NCBI GenBank assembly: GCA_963766565.1
Contig: CAVYAQ010000003.1
Span: 582,338-646,337 of the forward strand
DNA from: an uncultured Actinomycetota bacterium
GTDB lineage: Bacteria > Actinomycetota > Thermoleophilia > Gaiellales > Gaiellaceae
Direction of reading: 5' to 3'
DNA length: 64,000 bases
Shown here one piece after another: positions 50,979-61,728 of this stretch. A program made the translations under genes and the position numbers. Positions within the stretch are counted from its first letter, which is position 1. Every line of letters starts with the position of its first letter. The notes under the pieces are model-generated. The model ran no database searches, was not told the DNA's origin, and saw only the letters and a list, made by a program, of their open reading frames with translations.

Positions 50979-52223
50979 CTATCGCAAGAACCCCTCGTAC
51001 GACCGCATCATCATCTGCGACTCCATCTGGCGCATCGTGTCGAGCGCGACGCCGACGACGATCAGCACCGAGGTGCCGCCGAGCGCGCGGGACGTGGCCT
51101 GCGAGAAGTTGAACTCGTTGATGAAGATCGAAGGCAGCACCGCGACGGTCGCAAGGAAGAGCGAGCCCGGGAGCGTGAGGCGCGCCAGCACGCGGTCGAG
51201 GTAGATCGCGGTCGGCGGGCCCGGCCGGATCCCGGGGATGTACCCGCCGTACTTCCGTAGCTCGTCGGCCTGGTCGACCGGGTTGAAGGTCACGGATGTG
51301 TAGAAGAAGGTGAAGAGGATGATCAGGATCGCCTCGATCAGCAGGTAGCTCCAGGATCCCTGCGAGAAGTTCCTGTTCACGAAGTTCTGGGTGCTCGGGA
51401 GAAACTCCCCGAGTGTCTGCGGCAGCGCGAGCAGGGTCGCGGCGAAGATCACCGGGATCACGCCGGCCATGTTCACGCGGAGTGGCATATAGGTCGACTG
51501 CCCGCCTGTCTGGCGCCGGCCCACCATCTTCTTCGCGTACTGGATCGGGATCCGGCGCTGACCCTCCTGGACGAAGACGACCGAGACGACGACGAGCAGG
51601 GCGACGATCGGGAAGAAGAGCTTCTCGACGGGGCCGCCGTTGACCCACGCGTGGATTCCGGCCGGAGCCGAGGTGAGGATCGAGGCGAAGATCAGGAGCG
51701 AGATCCCGTTTCCGACGCCGCGCTTCGTGATCTGCTCGCCCATCCACATCAGCAGGGTCGTGCCGGCGGCGAGCGTGATGATGATCAGCACGAGGCGGCC
51801 CGTGTCGAGCTTCAATCCGCCGCTTCGGTGGAAGAGGTAGGCATAGCCGGCCGCCTGGGCGCCTGCGATGATCACGGTGAAGTACCGCGTGTACTGAGTG
51901 ATCTTCGCCTGCCCCGACTCGCCCTCGCGCTTCAGCTCCTCGAGTCGCGGCACCGCCGCCGTGAGGAGCTGGATCACGATCGAGGCCGTGACGTACGGCA
52001 TGATCCCGAGCGCGAAGATCGAGAACCGGGCGAGCGCGCCGCCGCTGAAGAGACTGAGCAGCCCGAGCACGCCGCCGCCGAACAGGCTCGAGATCGCCGA
52101 GGCGTTGACGCCCGGGGCAGGGATCCACGAGCCGAACCGGTATGCGGCGAGCACGAAAGCGGTGAAGAGCACCCGGCGCCGAAGCTCCGGAACCCGCCAG
52201 GCGTTGGCGAGCCAGGACAGCAA
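50979..52223 (-). CDS. secY: preprotein translocase subunit SecY
   Basis: It is a 10-TM SecY pattern: LRRRVLFTAFVLAAYRFGSWIPAPGV...GIMPYVTASI. Confidence 0.97.
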   Translation of the reverse strand: MLSWLANAWRVPELRRRVLFTAFVLAAYRFGSWIPAPGVNASAISSLFGGGVLGLLSLFSGGALARFSIFALGIMPYVTASIVIQLLTAAVPRLEELKREGESGQAKITQYTRYFTVIIAGAQAAGYAYLFHRSGGLKLDTGRLVLIIITLAAGTTLLMWMGEQITKRGVGNGISLLIFASILTSAPAGIHAWVNGGPVEKLFFPIVALLVVVSVVFVQEGQRRIPIQYAKKMVGRRQTGGQSTYMPLRVNMAGVIPVIFAATLLALPQTLGEFLPSTQNFVNRNFSQGSWSYLLIEAILIILFTFFYTSVTFNPVDQADELRKYGGYIPGIRPGPPTAIYLDRVLARLTLPGSLFLATVAVLPSIFINEFNFSQATSRALGGTSVLIVVGVALDTMRQMESQMMMRSYEGFLR

Positions 52224-52225
52224 AG

Positions 52226-52867
52226 CTACTCCTCGCTCTCCGGTTCGGCCTCGGCGGGCCGAGCCTCGGCGGCTCCCGCCTTTGCGGCGGGCTCAGTCTC
52301 GGCGGGCGCGACGGCGGTCTCCACGTCGTCTTCTTCGCTCACCCGCTCGGACGCTGCGCGGTGCTTCTTCGCCTTCTTGACCTTCGGCTCCTTCAACAGA
52401 GTCAGCGTACCGCCGGCGGACTCCACCTTCTCGCGGGCGGTCGCCGAGGCGCCGTGGACGCTGACGGTCAGCTTCTTCGTCAACTCGCCGACGCCGAGCA
52501 GCTTCACGTCCTTGCGGACAGAGCGGATCAGGCCCTTCGCCTTGAGCGTCTCGGGCGTGACCTCGTCGCCGGCCTCGAAGCGGTCGAGGTCGCGGATGTT
52601 CACCGGCTGGCTGTAGGTGCGGAAGGGGCCGACCGGCATCGCGTCGCGCGAGGTGTTGCCGCGCAGCTTCGGGAGGCGCATCGCGAGCGGCATCTGGCCG
52701 CCCTCGAACCCGGCCCGCATGTAGTGGGAGCCTGCACGAGACTTCTGGCCCTTGATCCCGCGGCCCGAGTACCGGCCCTTGCCCGAGCCCAGGCCGCGGC
52801 CGACCCGCTTGCGATCCTTGCGGGGCTGGGCCGGGGACAGGTTGGAGAGGTTCAGTTCCTCGGTCAT
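52226..52867 (-). CDS. rplO: 50S ribosomal protein uL15 with about 55-aa charged C-terminal extension
   Basis: It contains LSNLSPAQPRKDRKRVGRGLGSGKGRYSGRGIKGQKSR. The tail is KKAKKHRAASERVSEEDD...AEAEPESEE. Confidence 0.95.
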   Translation of the reverse strand: MTEELNLSNLSPAQPRKDRKRVGRGLGSGKGRYSGRGIKGQKSRAGSHYMRAGFEGGQMPLAMRLPKLRGNTSRDAMPVGPFRTYSQPVNIRDLDRFEAGDEVTPETLKAKGLIRSVRKDVKLLGVGELTKKLTVSVHGASATAREKVESAGGTLTLLKEPKVKKAKKHRAASERVSEEDDVETAVAPAETEPAAKAGAAEARPAEAEPESEE

Positions 52868-53047
52868 CTAGATCTCCTCCACCTTGACGAGGTGGCGGAC
52901 CTTCCTAAGCATGCCGTCAATGACAGGGCTCGGGTCGTGGTCGCGGGTCTTCCCGATACGGCCGAGGCCGAGCGCGCGCAAAGTGCCGCGGTGCCTCGGC
53001 GACTGGCCGATCACGCTTCCGGTCTGGGTGAGCCTAAGCTTCGACAC
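52868..53047 (-). CDS. rpmD: 50S ribosomal protein uL30
   Basis: The start is GTG at 53047. The sequence is (M)[37 protein letters not shown]...[10 protein letters not shown]. Confidence 0.9.
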   Translation of the reverse strand: MSKLRLTQTGSVIGQSPRHRGTLRALGLGRIGKTRDHDPSPVIDGMLRKVRHLVKVEEI

Positions 53048-53693
53048 TCTCGGATTCCTCACTCGCCACCGGCTCCTCATTCGCGACGAGCGCCTCTGAG
53101 ACCTCTTCGGCAACTGCCGGCTCGACTTCGGCGACCGCAACTGCAACTGGCTCCTCGGAAACCGCCTCCGGCTCAGCGGCAGCCGGGTACTGGATCGGGA
53201 GCACGTCGCGGATCGCCTTGCCGCGCGCGAGCGCGACCTCCTCCGGGCGCCGCAGATCGCGCAGCGCGGACTCTGCTGCCTTGAGCATGTTGATCGGGTT
53301 CGTCGTACCGAGCGACTTCGCGAGCACGTCGCGGATGCCTCCGAGCTCCAGCACGGCGCGCACGCCCCCGCCGGCGATGACGCCGGTTCCGGGTGAGGCG
53401 GGCCGCAGGAGGACGCGCGCGGCGCCGAAGCGGCCGAGCACCTCGTGCGTGATCGTCTGCCCGTGCTTGGGAACGGTGAACAGGTTCTTCTTCGCGTCGT
53501 CGACGGCCTTCGAGATCGCGAGCGGAACCTCGCGCGCCTTGCCGTAGCCGACGCCGACGCGGTCGACCTCGTCACCGACCACGACAAGGGCGGTGAACGA
53601 GAACCGCCGTCCGCCCTTGACGACCTTGGCGACGCGGTTGATCTCGACCACGCGCTCCTTCAGCTCCCTGGATTCGGCGATATCGACTGCCAT
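53034..53693 (-). CDS. rpsE: 30S ribosomal protein uS5 with about 50-aa acidic C-terminal extension
   Basis: ATG at 53693. It contains [29 protein letters not shown]...[18 protein letters not shown]. The tail is [19 protein letters not shown]...EESESVEA. Confidence 0.95.
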   Translation of the reverse strand: MAVDIAESRELKERVVEINRVAKVVKGGRRFSFTALVVVGDEVDRVGVGYGKAREVPLAISKAVDDAKKNLFTVPKHGQTITHEVLGRFGAARVLLRPASPGTGVIAGGGVRAVLELGGIRDVLAKSLGTTNPINMLKAAESALRDLRRPEEVALARGKAIRDVLPIQYPAAAEPEAVSEEPVAVAVAEVEPAVAEEVSEALVANEEPVASEESESVEA

Positions 53694-54044
53694 CAGAACC
53701 TCAGACCTCCCTCGCGCGCACCCTCGGCGAGAGCCTTCACGCGTCCGTGATACAGGTAGCCGGCGCGATCGAAGACGACAGCCTCGACGCCGGCCTTCTT
53801 GGCCGCCGCGGCGAGTGCCTTTCCGACCTCGTGGGCCTGGGTCGTCTTGTCGCCCTTGTGCTGAGACGCCGACCCAGTTGGCAGACGCAAGCGTCTTGCC
53901 GGTCGAGTCGTCGACGATCTGCGCGAACATGCCGCGGTTCGAGCGGAAGACCATGAGACGCGGCCGCTCGGCCGAGCCCGAAACCTTGCCGCGAACGCGG
54001 CGATGCCGGCGAAGGCGCGCTTCGCGAACGGTGAGCGAGCTCAT
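53693..54044 (-). pseudogene. rplR: 50S ribosomal protein uL18 interrupted by one extra base (+1 shift about 53855-53885); probably an assembly error
   Basis: [21 protein letters not shown]...[28 protein letters not shown] is in one frame. [57 protein letters not shown] is in the next. The span is 352 nt (3n+1). Confidence 0.9.
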
Positions 54045-54574
54045 GCGCGCTTTCCAACCTTTCTCCTCACGAACTCGCCTTCGTAGCGGATGCCCTTGCC
54101 CTTGTACGGCTCGGGCGGGCGGACCTTGCGGATCTCGGCTGCGGTCTGACCGACGACCTGCTTGTCGATCCCGCGCACGATCACCTGGGTCGGCACCGGC
54201 ACCTCGAACTCGATGCCCGTGCGCGGCGTGATCCTGACCGGGTGCGAGTAGCCGACCTGGAGCTCGAGGTTCGAGCCGGACATCGCGGCGCGATAGCCGA
54301 CACCCTGGATCTCGAGGCGCTTCTCGAAGCCGTTCGTGACGCCCTCGACCATGTTCGCGACGAGCGTGCGCGTCAGCCCGTGGAGCGAGCGGTCGGGCCC
54401 GCGATCGGTCGGACGGGAGACGTTGATCGTGCCGTCGTTCTGCTCGATCGAGATGCGCGCCGGGACGACCTGGTGCAGCTCTCCCTTCGGCCCGTTCACG
54501 GTCACGCGGCCGGGATCGACCTTCACGATCACTCCGGCAGGCACTGCGATGGGCTGTCTTCCGATTCGGCTCAT
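54041..54574 (-). CDS. rplF: 50S ribosomal protein uL6
   Basis: It starts [19 protein letters not shown] and contains ...EIQGVGYRA. Confidence 0.97.
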   Translation of the reverse strand: MSRIGRQPIAVPAGVIVKVDPGRVTVNGPKGELHQVVPARISIEQNDGTINVSRPTDRGPDRSLHGLTRTLVANMVEGVTNGFEKRLEIQGVGYRAAMSGSNLELQVGYSHPVRITPRTGIEFEVPVPTQVIVRGIDKQVVGQTAAEIRKVRPPEPYKGKGIRYEGEFVRRKVGKRA

Positions 54575-54585
54575 GACGTTCTCAG

Positions 54586-54987
54586 CTACCAGACGAAACA
54601 GATCACTTCGCCGCCGATGCCTTCGCGCTCGGCGGTGCGGCTCGTGATCACGCCGCGGGACGTGGACAGGATTGCAGTTCCCATGCCCCCGAGGACGCGG
54701 GGAAGGCGGTCCTTGCCGGCGTAGATCCGCCGGCCGGGCTTGGAGATGCGCTTGAGGCCCGTGAGCACGCGCTCGCGGCCGCGGCCGTACTTGAGCTCGA
54801 CGACGAGCACCTTGTACGGGAGCTCGCCGGCGGGCTCCACGTGGTAGTCGCGCACGTAGCCCTCCTCCTTGAGGATCCGCGCGATCTGCTCCTTGAGATT
54901 CGAGCTCGGCATCTCGACGCGGTCGTGTAGCGCCTTGTTGGCGTTGCGGATGCGCGTGAGCATGTCGGCTACGGGGTCGGTCAGCAT
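54586..54987 (-). CDS. rpsH: 30S ribosomal protein uS8
   Basis: It starts [19 protein letters not shown]. Confidence 0.97.
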   Translation of the reverse strand: MLTDPVADMLTRIRNANKALHDRVEMPSSNLKEQIARILKEEGYVRDYHVEPAGELPYKVLVVELKYGRGRERVLTGLKRISKPGRRIYAGKDRLPRVLGGMGTAILSTSRGVITSRTAEREGIGGEVICFVW

Positions 54988-54997
54988 TCGTTCCCTC

Positions 54998-55183
54998 CTA
55001 CCAGGAGCTCTTGGTCATGCCGGGGATCACGCCCTGGTGGGCGAGCTCGCGCAGGCAGATCCGGCAGAGCCCGAACTTCTTGAACACCGCGCGAGGCCGG
55101 CCGCACTTGTTGCAGCGGCTGTAGTTCCGCACCTTGTACTTCGCCGGGCGGGAGGCCTTCGCGATCATCGATTTCTTCGCCAT
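54998..55183 (-). CDS. rpsN: 30S ribosomal protein uS14, zinc-binding type Z
   Basis: This 61-aa protein has CNKCGRP...CRIC. Confidence 0.95.
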   Translation of the reverse strand: MAKKSMIAKASRPAKYKVRNYSRCNKCGRPRAVFKKFGLCRICLRELAHQGVIPGMTKSSW

Positions 55184-55765
55184 TTAGTCGTTTCGCTCCT
55201 CGGTGGCGAGCGGCATACCGAGGCCGCGCAGAAGCGCCTCGGCCTGCTCGTCCGTCTCGGCGGTGGTGGTGATCGCGACATCGAGGCCGCGAATGTCCTT
55301 GATCGAGTCGTAGTCGATTTCCGGGAAGATGATCTGCTCGCGCAGTCCGAGCGAGTAGTTGCCGCGGCCGTCGAACGACTTCGGCGAGAGACCGCGGAAG
55401 TCGCGGATCCGCGGCAGCGCAATCGAGACGAGCCGGTCGAGGAACTCCCACATCCGGTCGCCGCGAAGCGTGACCCGGCAGCCGATCGGCATCCCCTCGC
55501 GGAGCTTGAACTGCGCGACCGACTTGCGGGCGCGGCGCATCTGCACGCGCTGCCCGGCGATGATCGTGAGCTCCTCCATCGCGGCGTCGAGCACCTTCGC
55601 GTCGGTCTTCGCCTCCCCGACGCCCATGTTCAGCGTGATCTTCGAGATCGTCGGCACCTGCATGATCGACGAGAGCCCGAACTGCTCCTTCAGCGCCTCG
55701 CGCAGCTCCTCGTTGTAGCGCTGCTTCAGCCGCGGCACGTAGGTCTCCTCGGTTGCAGAGGCCAT
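55184..55765 (-). CDS. rplE: 50S ribosomal protein uL5
   Basis: ATG at 55765 overlaps the rplX stop. The sequence starts [21 protein letters not shown] and contains ...[10 protein letters not shown]. Confidence 0.95.
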   Translation of the reverse strand: MASATEETYVPRLKQRYNEELREALKEQFGLSSIMQVPTISKITLNMGVGEAKTDAKVLDAAMEELTIIAGQRVQMRRARKSVAQFKLREGMPIGCRVTLRGDRMWEFLDRLVSIALPRIRDFRGLSPKSFDGRGNYSLGLREQIIFPEIDYDSIKDIRGLDVAITTTAETDEQAEALLRGLGMPLATEERND

Positions 55766-56121
55766 CAGTCGATCTCCTGGCCGCAGCCTTCGCGCTTGCA
55801 CACGCGAACCTTGACCTGGCCGCCCTTGATCTCCTTGAAGGCGTGCCCGACGCGGGTCGGCAGCTTGCAGACTGGGCAGACGAGCATCACGTTGTCGGCC
55901 GGCACGGAGGCGGGCACCTCGATCCGGCCGCCCGGGGTCATCTGGGTGCCGCCCATCTGGCCGGTATTCCGGATCGGGCGGGGCTTCGTATGCCGCGTCA
56001 TCACGTTCAGGTTCTCGACGATCACACGGCCGCTGCGCGGCTGTGCGTCGATGACGCGGCCCTGCTTGCCGCGGTCCTTGCCTGAAAGCATCTGGACGAG
56101 GTCGCCCTTCTTGACCTTCAC
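55765..56121 (-). CDS. rplX: 50S ribosomal protein uL24
   Basis: It starts [23 protein letters not shown]. Confidence 0.97.
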   Translation of the reverse strand: MKVKKGDLVQMLSGKDRGKQGRVIDAQPRSGRVIVENLNVMTRHTKPRPIRNTGQMGGTQMTPGGRIEVPASVPADNVMLVCPVCKLPTRVGHAFKEIKGGQVKVRVCKREGCGQEID

Positions 56122-56490
56122 TTACAACACCTCCGGTGCCAAAGACACGATCTTCATGAAGTTCTTCTCACGCAACTCGCGGGCCACGGGCCCGAAGATC
56201 CGGGTACCGCGGGGGTTCTTCTGGGCGTCGATGATCACGGCCGCGTTCTCGTCGAACGCGATCAGCGTGCCGTCATCGCGCCCGAACGGCTTCTTCGTGC
56301 GCACGACCACCGCCTTGACCACCTCGCCCTTCTTGATCGCGCCCTGCGGCGAGGCCGCCTTCACGGTAGCCGTGATGATGTCCCCCACGCGGGCATAGCG
56401 GCGGCGCGACCCACCGGCGACGCGAATGCAGAGGATCTCGCGCGCACCGGTGTTGTCTGCGACTTTCAGACGTGTCTCTTGCTGGATCAT
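56122..56490 (-). CDS. rplN: 50S ribosomal protein uL14
   Basis: It starts [24 protein letters not shown]. Confidence 0.97.
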   Translation of the reverse strand: MIQQETRLKVADNTGAREILCIRVAGGSRRRYARVGDIITATVKAASPQGAIKKGEVVKAVVVRTKKPFGRDDGTLIAFDENAAVIIDAQKNPRGTRIFGPVARELREKNFMKIVSLAPEVL

Positions 56491-56501
56491 TCCCGTATCA
56501 C

Positions 56502-57110
56502 CTATTGGGCCTTCTGGACGATCTCGGCGAGTCGCCAGCGCTTCGTCTTCGAGAGCGGCCGCGTCTCGACGATCCGAACCAGGTCCCCGATCGCCGCGGT
56601 GTTCGCCTCGTCGTGGGCGTGGAGCTTGTTGCTGCGCCGAACGACCTTCTTGTAGCGCGGATGCGCGCGCACCATCTCGACCTTGACGACGATCGTCTTG
56701 TCGCCCTTGTCGGAGACGACGACTCCGCGGCGCTCCTGCCGGCGTCCGGGCTCCGAGTCTGCTTTGGGGGTGCGCGAGATCGGCTTGCGCTCCGGCGAGG
56801 GCTTGCGGTCGGACTTCGTGTGCTTGTGGCGTAGCGCGCGAGGCAGGCGCTTGCGCTTCTTCTTCGGCCCGCTGACGGCGGGCGGCTCGGCGGCTGCAGG
56901 CTCCTCGGCAGCCGCAGGCGCCTCGTCGGGCCCGGCTTCGGCGGCAGGCTCGGGCTCTGCTTCGGGCTCCGTGGCGGCAGCCGCCGGCTCCACGGGCTCA
57001 GACGCTGCAGCCTCGGGCTCAGCGGCTTCCGGCTCGGCGGCTTCAGGCTCAGCAGCCTCCGGCGCCGCAGCCTCGGGCTGGGTCTTCTCGTCTTTTTCGT
57101 CGTCTGCCAT
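56502..57110 (-). CDS. rpsQ: 30S ribosomal protein uS17 with about 115-aa low-complexity N-terminal extension
   Basis: The C-terminal 85 aa ([46 protein letters not shown]...) are canonical uS17. The ATG at 57110 follows GGAGAGAAGAGGAA and lies 13 nt after the rpmC stop. Confidence 0.9.
   Translation of the reverse strand: MADDEKDEKTQPEAAAPEAAEPEAAEPEAAEPEAAASEPVEPAAAATEPEAEPEPAAEAGPDEAPAAAEEPAAAEPPAVSGPKKKRKRLPRALRHKHTKSDRKPSPERKPISRTPKADSEPGRRQERRGVVVSDKGDKTIVVKVEMVRAHPRYKKVVRRSNKLHAHDEANTAAIGDLVRIVETRPLSKTKRWRLAEIVQKAQ
57000..57077. repeat. imperfect 15-bp tandem repeats (coding, PEAAE units) in the rpsQ 5' extension
   Basis: GGCTCAGCGGCTTCC / GGCTCGGCGGCTTCA / GGCTCAGCAGCCTCC ... encode [25 protein letters not shown]. 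Confidence 0.85.
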
Positions 57111-57123
57111 TTCCTCTTCTCTC

Positions 57124-57330
57124 CTAGACCTGGGCCTTGGCGGCCTGGGCCTGTTCTTGCTGGACTGTCATGATCCGTGCGATCTCGCGGCGCGTGATCC
57201 GCAGCCGCGTCGTGTTCTCGAGCGACCCGATCGCCTCCTGGAAGCGGAGGTTGAACAGCTCCTTGCGGCTCTCGGCGAGCTTCTCCTGCAGCTCGTCCTC
57301 GTTCATGCTCCTGAGCTCTCTAGCCCGCAA
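57124..57330 (-). CDS. rpmC: 50S ribosomal protein uL29
   Basis: The start is TTG at 57330, overlapping the rplP 3' end. It gives (M)[33 protein letters not shown] at 57306 is the alternative. Confidence 0.9.
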   Translation of the reverse strand: MRARELRSMNEDELQEKLAESRKELFNLRFQEAIGSLENTTRLRITRREIARIMTVQQEQAQAAKAQV

Positions 57331-57748
57331 AGAGATCACCGCCTTCGCGCTTGACGAACTTCGTCTTGATCGGAAGCTTCTGGCCCGCAAGGCGGAGTGC
57401 CTCCTTGGCGAGGGGCTCCGGCACACCGGCGAGCTCGAACATGACGCGGCCCGGCTTGACGACCGCGACCCAGCCCTCCGGAGAGCCCTTGCCCTTGCCC
57501 ATTCGGGTCTCGGCGGGCTTCTTGGTGAACGGCTTGTCGGGGAACAGGTTGATCCAGACCTTTCCGCCGCGGCGGATCTTGCGGGTCATCGCGATCCGGG
57601 CCGCTTCGATCTGGCGGTTCGTCACCCAGCCGTTCTCCATCGCCTTGATCCCGTACTCGCCGAACTGGACCGTGAACTGGCCCTTGGCCTCGCCCCGGCG
57701 GCGGCCGCGGTGCTGCTTGCGGAACTTGGTTCTCCTCGGGAGCAGCAT
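57320..57748 (-). CDS. rplP: 50S ribosomal protein uL16
   Basis: It starts [23 protein letters not shown]. Confidence 0.97.
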   Translation of the reverse strand: MLLPRRTKFRKQHRGRRRGEAKGQFTVQFGEYGIKAMENGWVTNRQIEAARIAMTRKIRRGGKVWINLFPDKPFTKKPAETRMGKGKGSPEGWVAVVKPGRVMFELAGVPEPLAKEALRLAGQKLPIKTKFVKREGGDLFAG

Positions 57749-59247
57749 CAGGCGTCTTTCTCGCTCTCGGAGGCCTCGCCGTCGGCTTCAGCGGCCTCGG
57801 CCTCGGGCTCCGTTTCCGGCTTGGTCGAGCGCTTCGAGCGCCCGGCGGGCTTCACGGCCGAGACGATCACGGTCTCGTATCCCGTGTCCTCCTCCCCTGC
57901 TGCCGCTTCTGGCTGCGCGGTCGGGGTGGGCTCTTCTGCAGCCGCCGGTTCCTGGACGGGCGCTTCGGGCGCTTCGGTCTCTGCGGCTGCCTCGGGCTCC
58001 GGTTCGGGCGCCTTCGGCTTGCGCGGACGGCTCGGTGCGGATGCCGGTGAGGGGACTGCCGAGGCGATCACGGTCTCATAGCCCGTGTCCTCGACTTCGG
58101 GCGCAGGCTGCTCGACAGCAGTCGACTCTTCGACGCCAGTCGGCTCTTCAACCGCCGCAGGCTCCTCTACCGCAGCGGCGGCGGGCGCTTCGGCGGGTGC
58201 CGGCGCGGCTGCCTTCGGCTCCTCGACGGCCGCCGGCTCCTGAACAGCTACCGGCTCGACGACCTCGGGCGCCTCGACCGCGACGACTCCCTCGCTGACC
58301 GGCTCTGGGCTGACTGTTTCCGGGCTGACTGTTTCCGGGCTGACCTGCTCCTGGGCGGGTGCCTGCTCGCGACGGGAATCGCGGCGCGAGCCACCGGGCC
58401 TCGAGCCCCCGCCGCCCGGAGCGCCCCCGCCGCCGGGACCGCCACGCTGGCCGGGGCGGCCGCGACGCACGGGACCGAGGCCCTCGCGATCCTGGCTCCG
58501 GTTGCGGCCGGCTTCGCGCGAGGCGCCGAGGCCTTCGCTGGCGCCACCACGGCGACGAGCTGTGTCCTGGTCGCCGAGGCGGGTCTCCTTGCCGCCGCCG
58601 GGCACGCCGCCATAGCCGGCCGGCATGATCTCGCCCTTGTTGATCCAGACCTTGACGCCGATGCGGCCGGTGGGGGTGCGGGCTTCGGTGAAGCCGTAGT
58701 CGATGTCGGCGCGGATCGTGTGCAGGGGGACGCGACCCTCCGAGTACTGCTCCGAGCGGCTCATCTCCGACCCGCCGAGGCGGCCCGAGCACTGGACCTT
58801 CACACCGGCGGCACCCGAGCGGATCGCAGAGGCGAGGGAGCGCTTCATCGCGCGGCGGAACGAGACACGGTTCTGAAGCTGCTCCGCAATGGACTGCGCG
58901 ACGAGCTTCGCATCGAGCTCGGGACGCTTGATCTCGTTGATGTTGATGTGGACGTTCTTCTTGGTGAGCGCGTGCACTTCCTTACGCAGCGCGTCGACCT
59001 CCACGCCCGACTTGCCGATCACGATCCCGGGGCGTGCCGTGTAGATGTCGATCGTGATCCGCTGCTTGTCCTTGCGGATCAAGATGTCCGACAGCCCGGC
59101 GTGCGAGAGCTTCTTGATGATGTGCTCGCGGATCTTGATGTCCTCGAGTAGCGCGGCGGCGAACTCCTTGTCGGGAACCATCCAGTTCGATTTCCAGTCG
59201 TGGATGACTCCGACCCGCAGGCCGCCGGGATGAACTTTCTGGCCCAT
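57748..59247 (-). CDS. rpsC: 30S ribosomal protein uS3 with about 280-aa low-complexity C-terminal extension (499 aa total)
   Basis: The N-terminal roughly 215 aa are canonical ([22 protein letters not shown]...KH domain...GRIGVKVWI). The remainder is Gly/Arg-rich, then Glu/Pro/Ala/Val-rich, with internal repeats. Confidence 0.93.
   Translation of the reverse strand: MGQKVHPGGLRVGVIHDWKSNWMVPDKEFAAALLEDIKIREHIIKKLSHAGLSDILIRKDKQRITIDIYTARPGIVIGKSGVEVDALRKEVHALTKKNVHININEIKRPELDAKLVAQSIAEQLQNRVSFRRAMKRSLASAIRSGAAGVKVQCSGRLGGSEMSRSEQYSEGRVPLHTIRADIDYGFTEARTPTGRIGVKVWINKGEIMPAGYGGVPGGGKETRLGDQDTARRRGGASEGLGASREAGRNRSQDREGLGPVRRGRPGQRGGPGGGGAPGGGGSRPGGSRRDSRREQAPAQEQVSPETVSPETVSPEPVSEGVVAVEAPEVVEPVAVQEPAAVEEPKAAAPAPAEAPAAAAVEEPAAVEEPTGVEESTAVEQPAPEVEDTGYETVIASAVPSPASAPSRPRKPKAPEPEPEAAAETEAPEAPVQEPAAAEEPTPTAQPEAAAGEEDTGYETVIVSAVKPAGRSKRSTKPETEPEAEAAEADGEASESEKDA
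58307..58351. repeat. 3 x 15-bp tandem repeat (coding, VSPET units) in the rpsC extension
   Basis: GGGCTGACTGTTTCC occurs twice, followed by the diverged GGGCTGACCTGCTCC. Confidence 0.9.
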
Positions 59248-59688
59248 TTAGGCGACCGCCTCCTTCTTCTTGCGCCGGCGGGGCCTGGCCGAAGCGGACG
59301 CGGGCCCGCTGCCGCGTGAGCTCGTCTCGTCGGCGGGCTTCTGGGCCTGCTCGAGCTTGATCGTGATGTGCGAGGTGCGCTTCAGGATCTGGTTGACGCG
59401 GCCGCGCGCGCGCTGCTGCCAGCGCTTCAGCGTCGGGCCCTCGTCGACGTAGACGGCGGAGATCACGAGGTCGTCACGATCCCAGCCGTGAGCCGACTCC
59501 GCGTTCGCGACGGCGCTCGCGAGCACCTTCTCGACGTCCGCCGCAGCAGCACGCGGCATGAAGGCGAGGATCGTGCGCGCCTCCTGCACGTGGCGGCCGC
59601 GGATGTGGTCGACGACGAGACGCGCCTTGCGGGGCGTCACCTTCACGTGCTTCGCGGTCGCACCGACCCAGGGACGGGAAGCGGTCAA
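59248..59688 (-). CDS. rplV: 50S ribosomal protein uL22
   Basis: The start is TTG at 59688, in a TTGA overlap with the rpsS stop and after GGTGAGG. The sequence starts (M)[30 protein letters not shown]. It has a basic C-terminal tail. Confidence 0.9.
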   Translation of the reverse strand: MTASRPWVGATAKHVKVTPRKARLVVDHIRGRHVQEARTILAFMPRAAAADVEKVLASAVANAESAHGWDRDDLVISAVYVDEGPTLKRWQQRARGRVNQILKRTSHITIKLEQAQKPADETSSRGSGPASASARPRRRKKKEAVA

Positions 59689-59966
59689 CGCCTCACCTGC
59701 GTTTTCGAGTCGCCCGCGTGGCCCCGGAAGTGGCGCGTCGGCGCGAACTCGCCGAGCTTGTGGCCGACCATCTGCTCCGAGATGAAGACCGGCACGTGCT
59801 TGCGGCCGTCGTGGACCGCGATCGTATGGCCGACCATGTCGGGGAACACCGTCGAGGAACGCGACCAGGTGCGGATCATCTGCTTCTTGCCGGCGTCGTT
59901 CATCGCGACGATCCGCGCCAGCAGGCGCTCCTCGACGAACGGGCCCTTCTTCGAGCTGCGTGACAT
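59685..59966 (-). CDS. rpsS: 30S ribosomal protein uS19
   Basis: It starts [16 protein letters not shown] and contains ...[17 protein letters not shown]. Confidence 0.97.
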   Translation of the reverse strand: MSRSSKKGPFVEERLLARIVAMNDAGKKQMIRTWSRSSTVFPDMVGHTIAVHDGRKHVPVFISEQMVGHKLGEFAPTRHFRGHAGDSKTQVRR

Positions 59967-60808
<842 letters not shown>

Positions 60809-60809
<1 letters not shown>

Positions 60810-61099
60810 TACAGTTGTGCTCCCTGGAAGACCTCGATGGTCTCGCCCACCTTGAGCTGGACGACTGCCTTCTTCCAGCCCTGGCGCGTCCCCTTGATCG
60901 CGCCGCGGCGCTTGGGCTTGGCCTGGACCTTGCTGACGTTGACGCTCACCACGTGCACCTCGAAGAGGTCCTCGACAGCCTGGCGGATCTGCGTCTTGTG
61001 GGCGTCCGGATGCACGCGGAAGGTGTACTTGCCGTAGACGGAGCCGTGGTAGCTCTTCTCGGAGACGACCGGCGCGAGCACGATCTGGTGCGGTTCCAT
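60809..61099 (-). CDS. rplW: 50S ribosomal protein uL23
   Basis: ATG at 61099 overlaps the rplD stop. The sequence starts [17 protein letters not shown] and contains ...[18 protein letters not shown]. Confidence 0.93.
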
Positions 61100-61728
61100 C
61101 AGCGCGCCCTCGTCTCGACGAGCGGGAGCGCGGCCTCGCTGACGACGAGCGAGCGGGCCCACACGACCGCGGTGACCTCGAGGTCGGCGGGTGTGACGAG
61201 CGCGACGCGCGGGAGGTTGCGGAAGGACAGGGCCGCGTGCACCTCGTCAGGCTCGAGCACGACGACGATGGGCTCGACGAGGCCGGCGGTTTCCACGAAA
61301 CCGAGTGCCGTCTTGGTCGAGGGCTCCTCGAACGTCGTCGCATCGAGCAGCGAGAGCGTGCCGGCCCCGGCGTGGCTGGCAAGGGCCGAGCGGAGCGCGG
61401 CCTTTGCGGCCTTGCGGTTCACCTTCAGGTCGAAGGTGCGCGGCACCTTGGCGAAAATGTGACCGCCGCCCGTGAACTGGCCCGCGCGGATCGTTCCGGC
61501 GCGGGCGCGGCCGGTGCCCTTCTGGCGCCACGGCTTCGAGCGGCCGCCGGAGACGAGCCCACGGCTCTTCGTCGCCATCGTGCCGGCGCGATGCGAGGCC
61601 TGCTCGGCCCGAACCGCCTCGTGAACGAGGTGCGGCTTGACCTCGACGCCGAAGATCGCAGCGTCGAGCGAGACGTCCTTGCCCTTCGCGCCCTTCGCGT
61701 CGAACACGTGTGCTTTCGGCACAGCCAT
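61099..61728 (-). CDS. rplD: 50S ribosomal protein uL4
   Basis: ATG at 61728. It contains [30 protein letters not shown]. Confidence 0.95.
   Translation of the reverse strand: MAVPKAHVFDAKGAKGKDVSLDAAIFGVEVKPHLVHEAVRAEQASHRAGTMATKSRGLVSGGRSKPWRQKGTGRARAGTIRAGQFTGGGHIFAKVPRTFDLKVNRKAAKAALRSALASHAGAGTLSLLDATTFEEPSTKTALGFVETAGLVEPIVVVLEPDEVHAALSFRNLPRVALVTPADLEVTAVVWARSLVVSEAALPLVETRAR

Noticed and set aside
53034-54044. An apparent 336-aa L18-S5 fusion protein.
   Set aside because: It is created by the +1 disruption in rplR, which leaves the wrong frame open into rpsE. The authentic uL18 C-terminus is in ORF 53693-53890, and uS5 has its own ATG at 53693.
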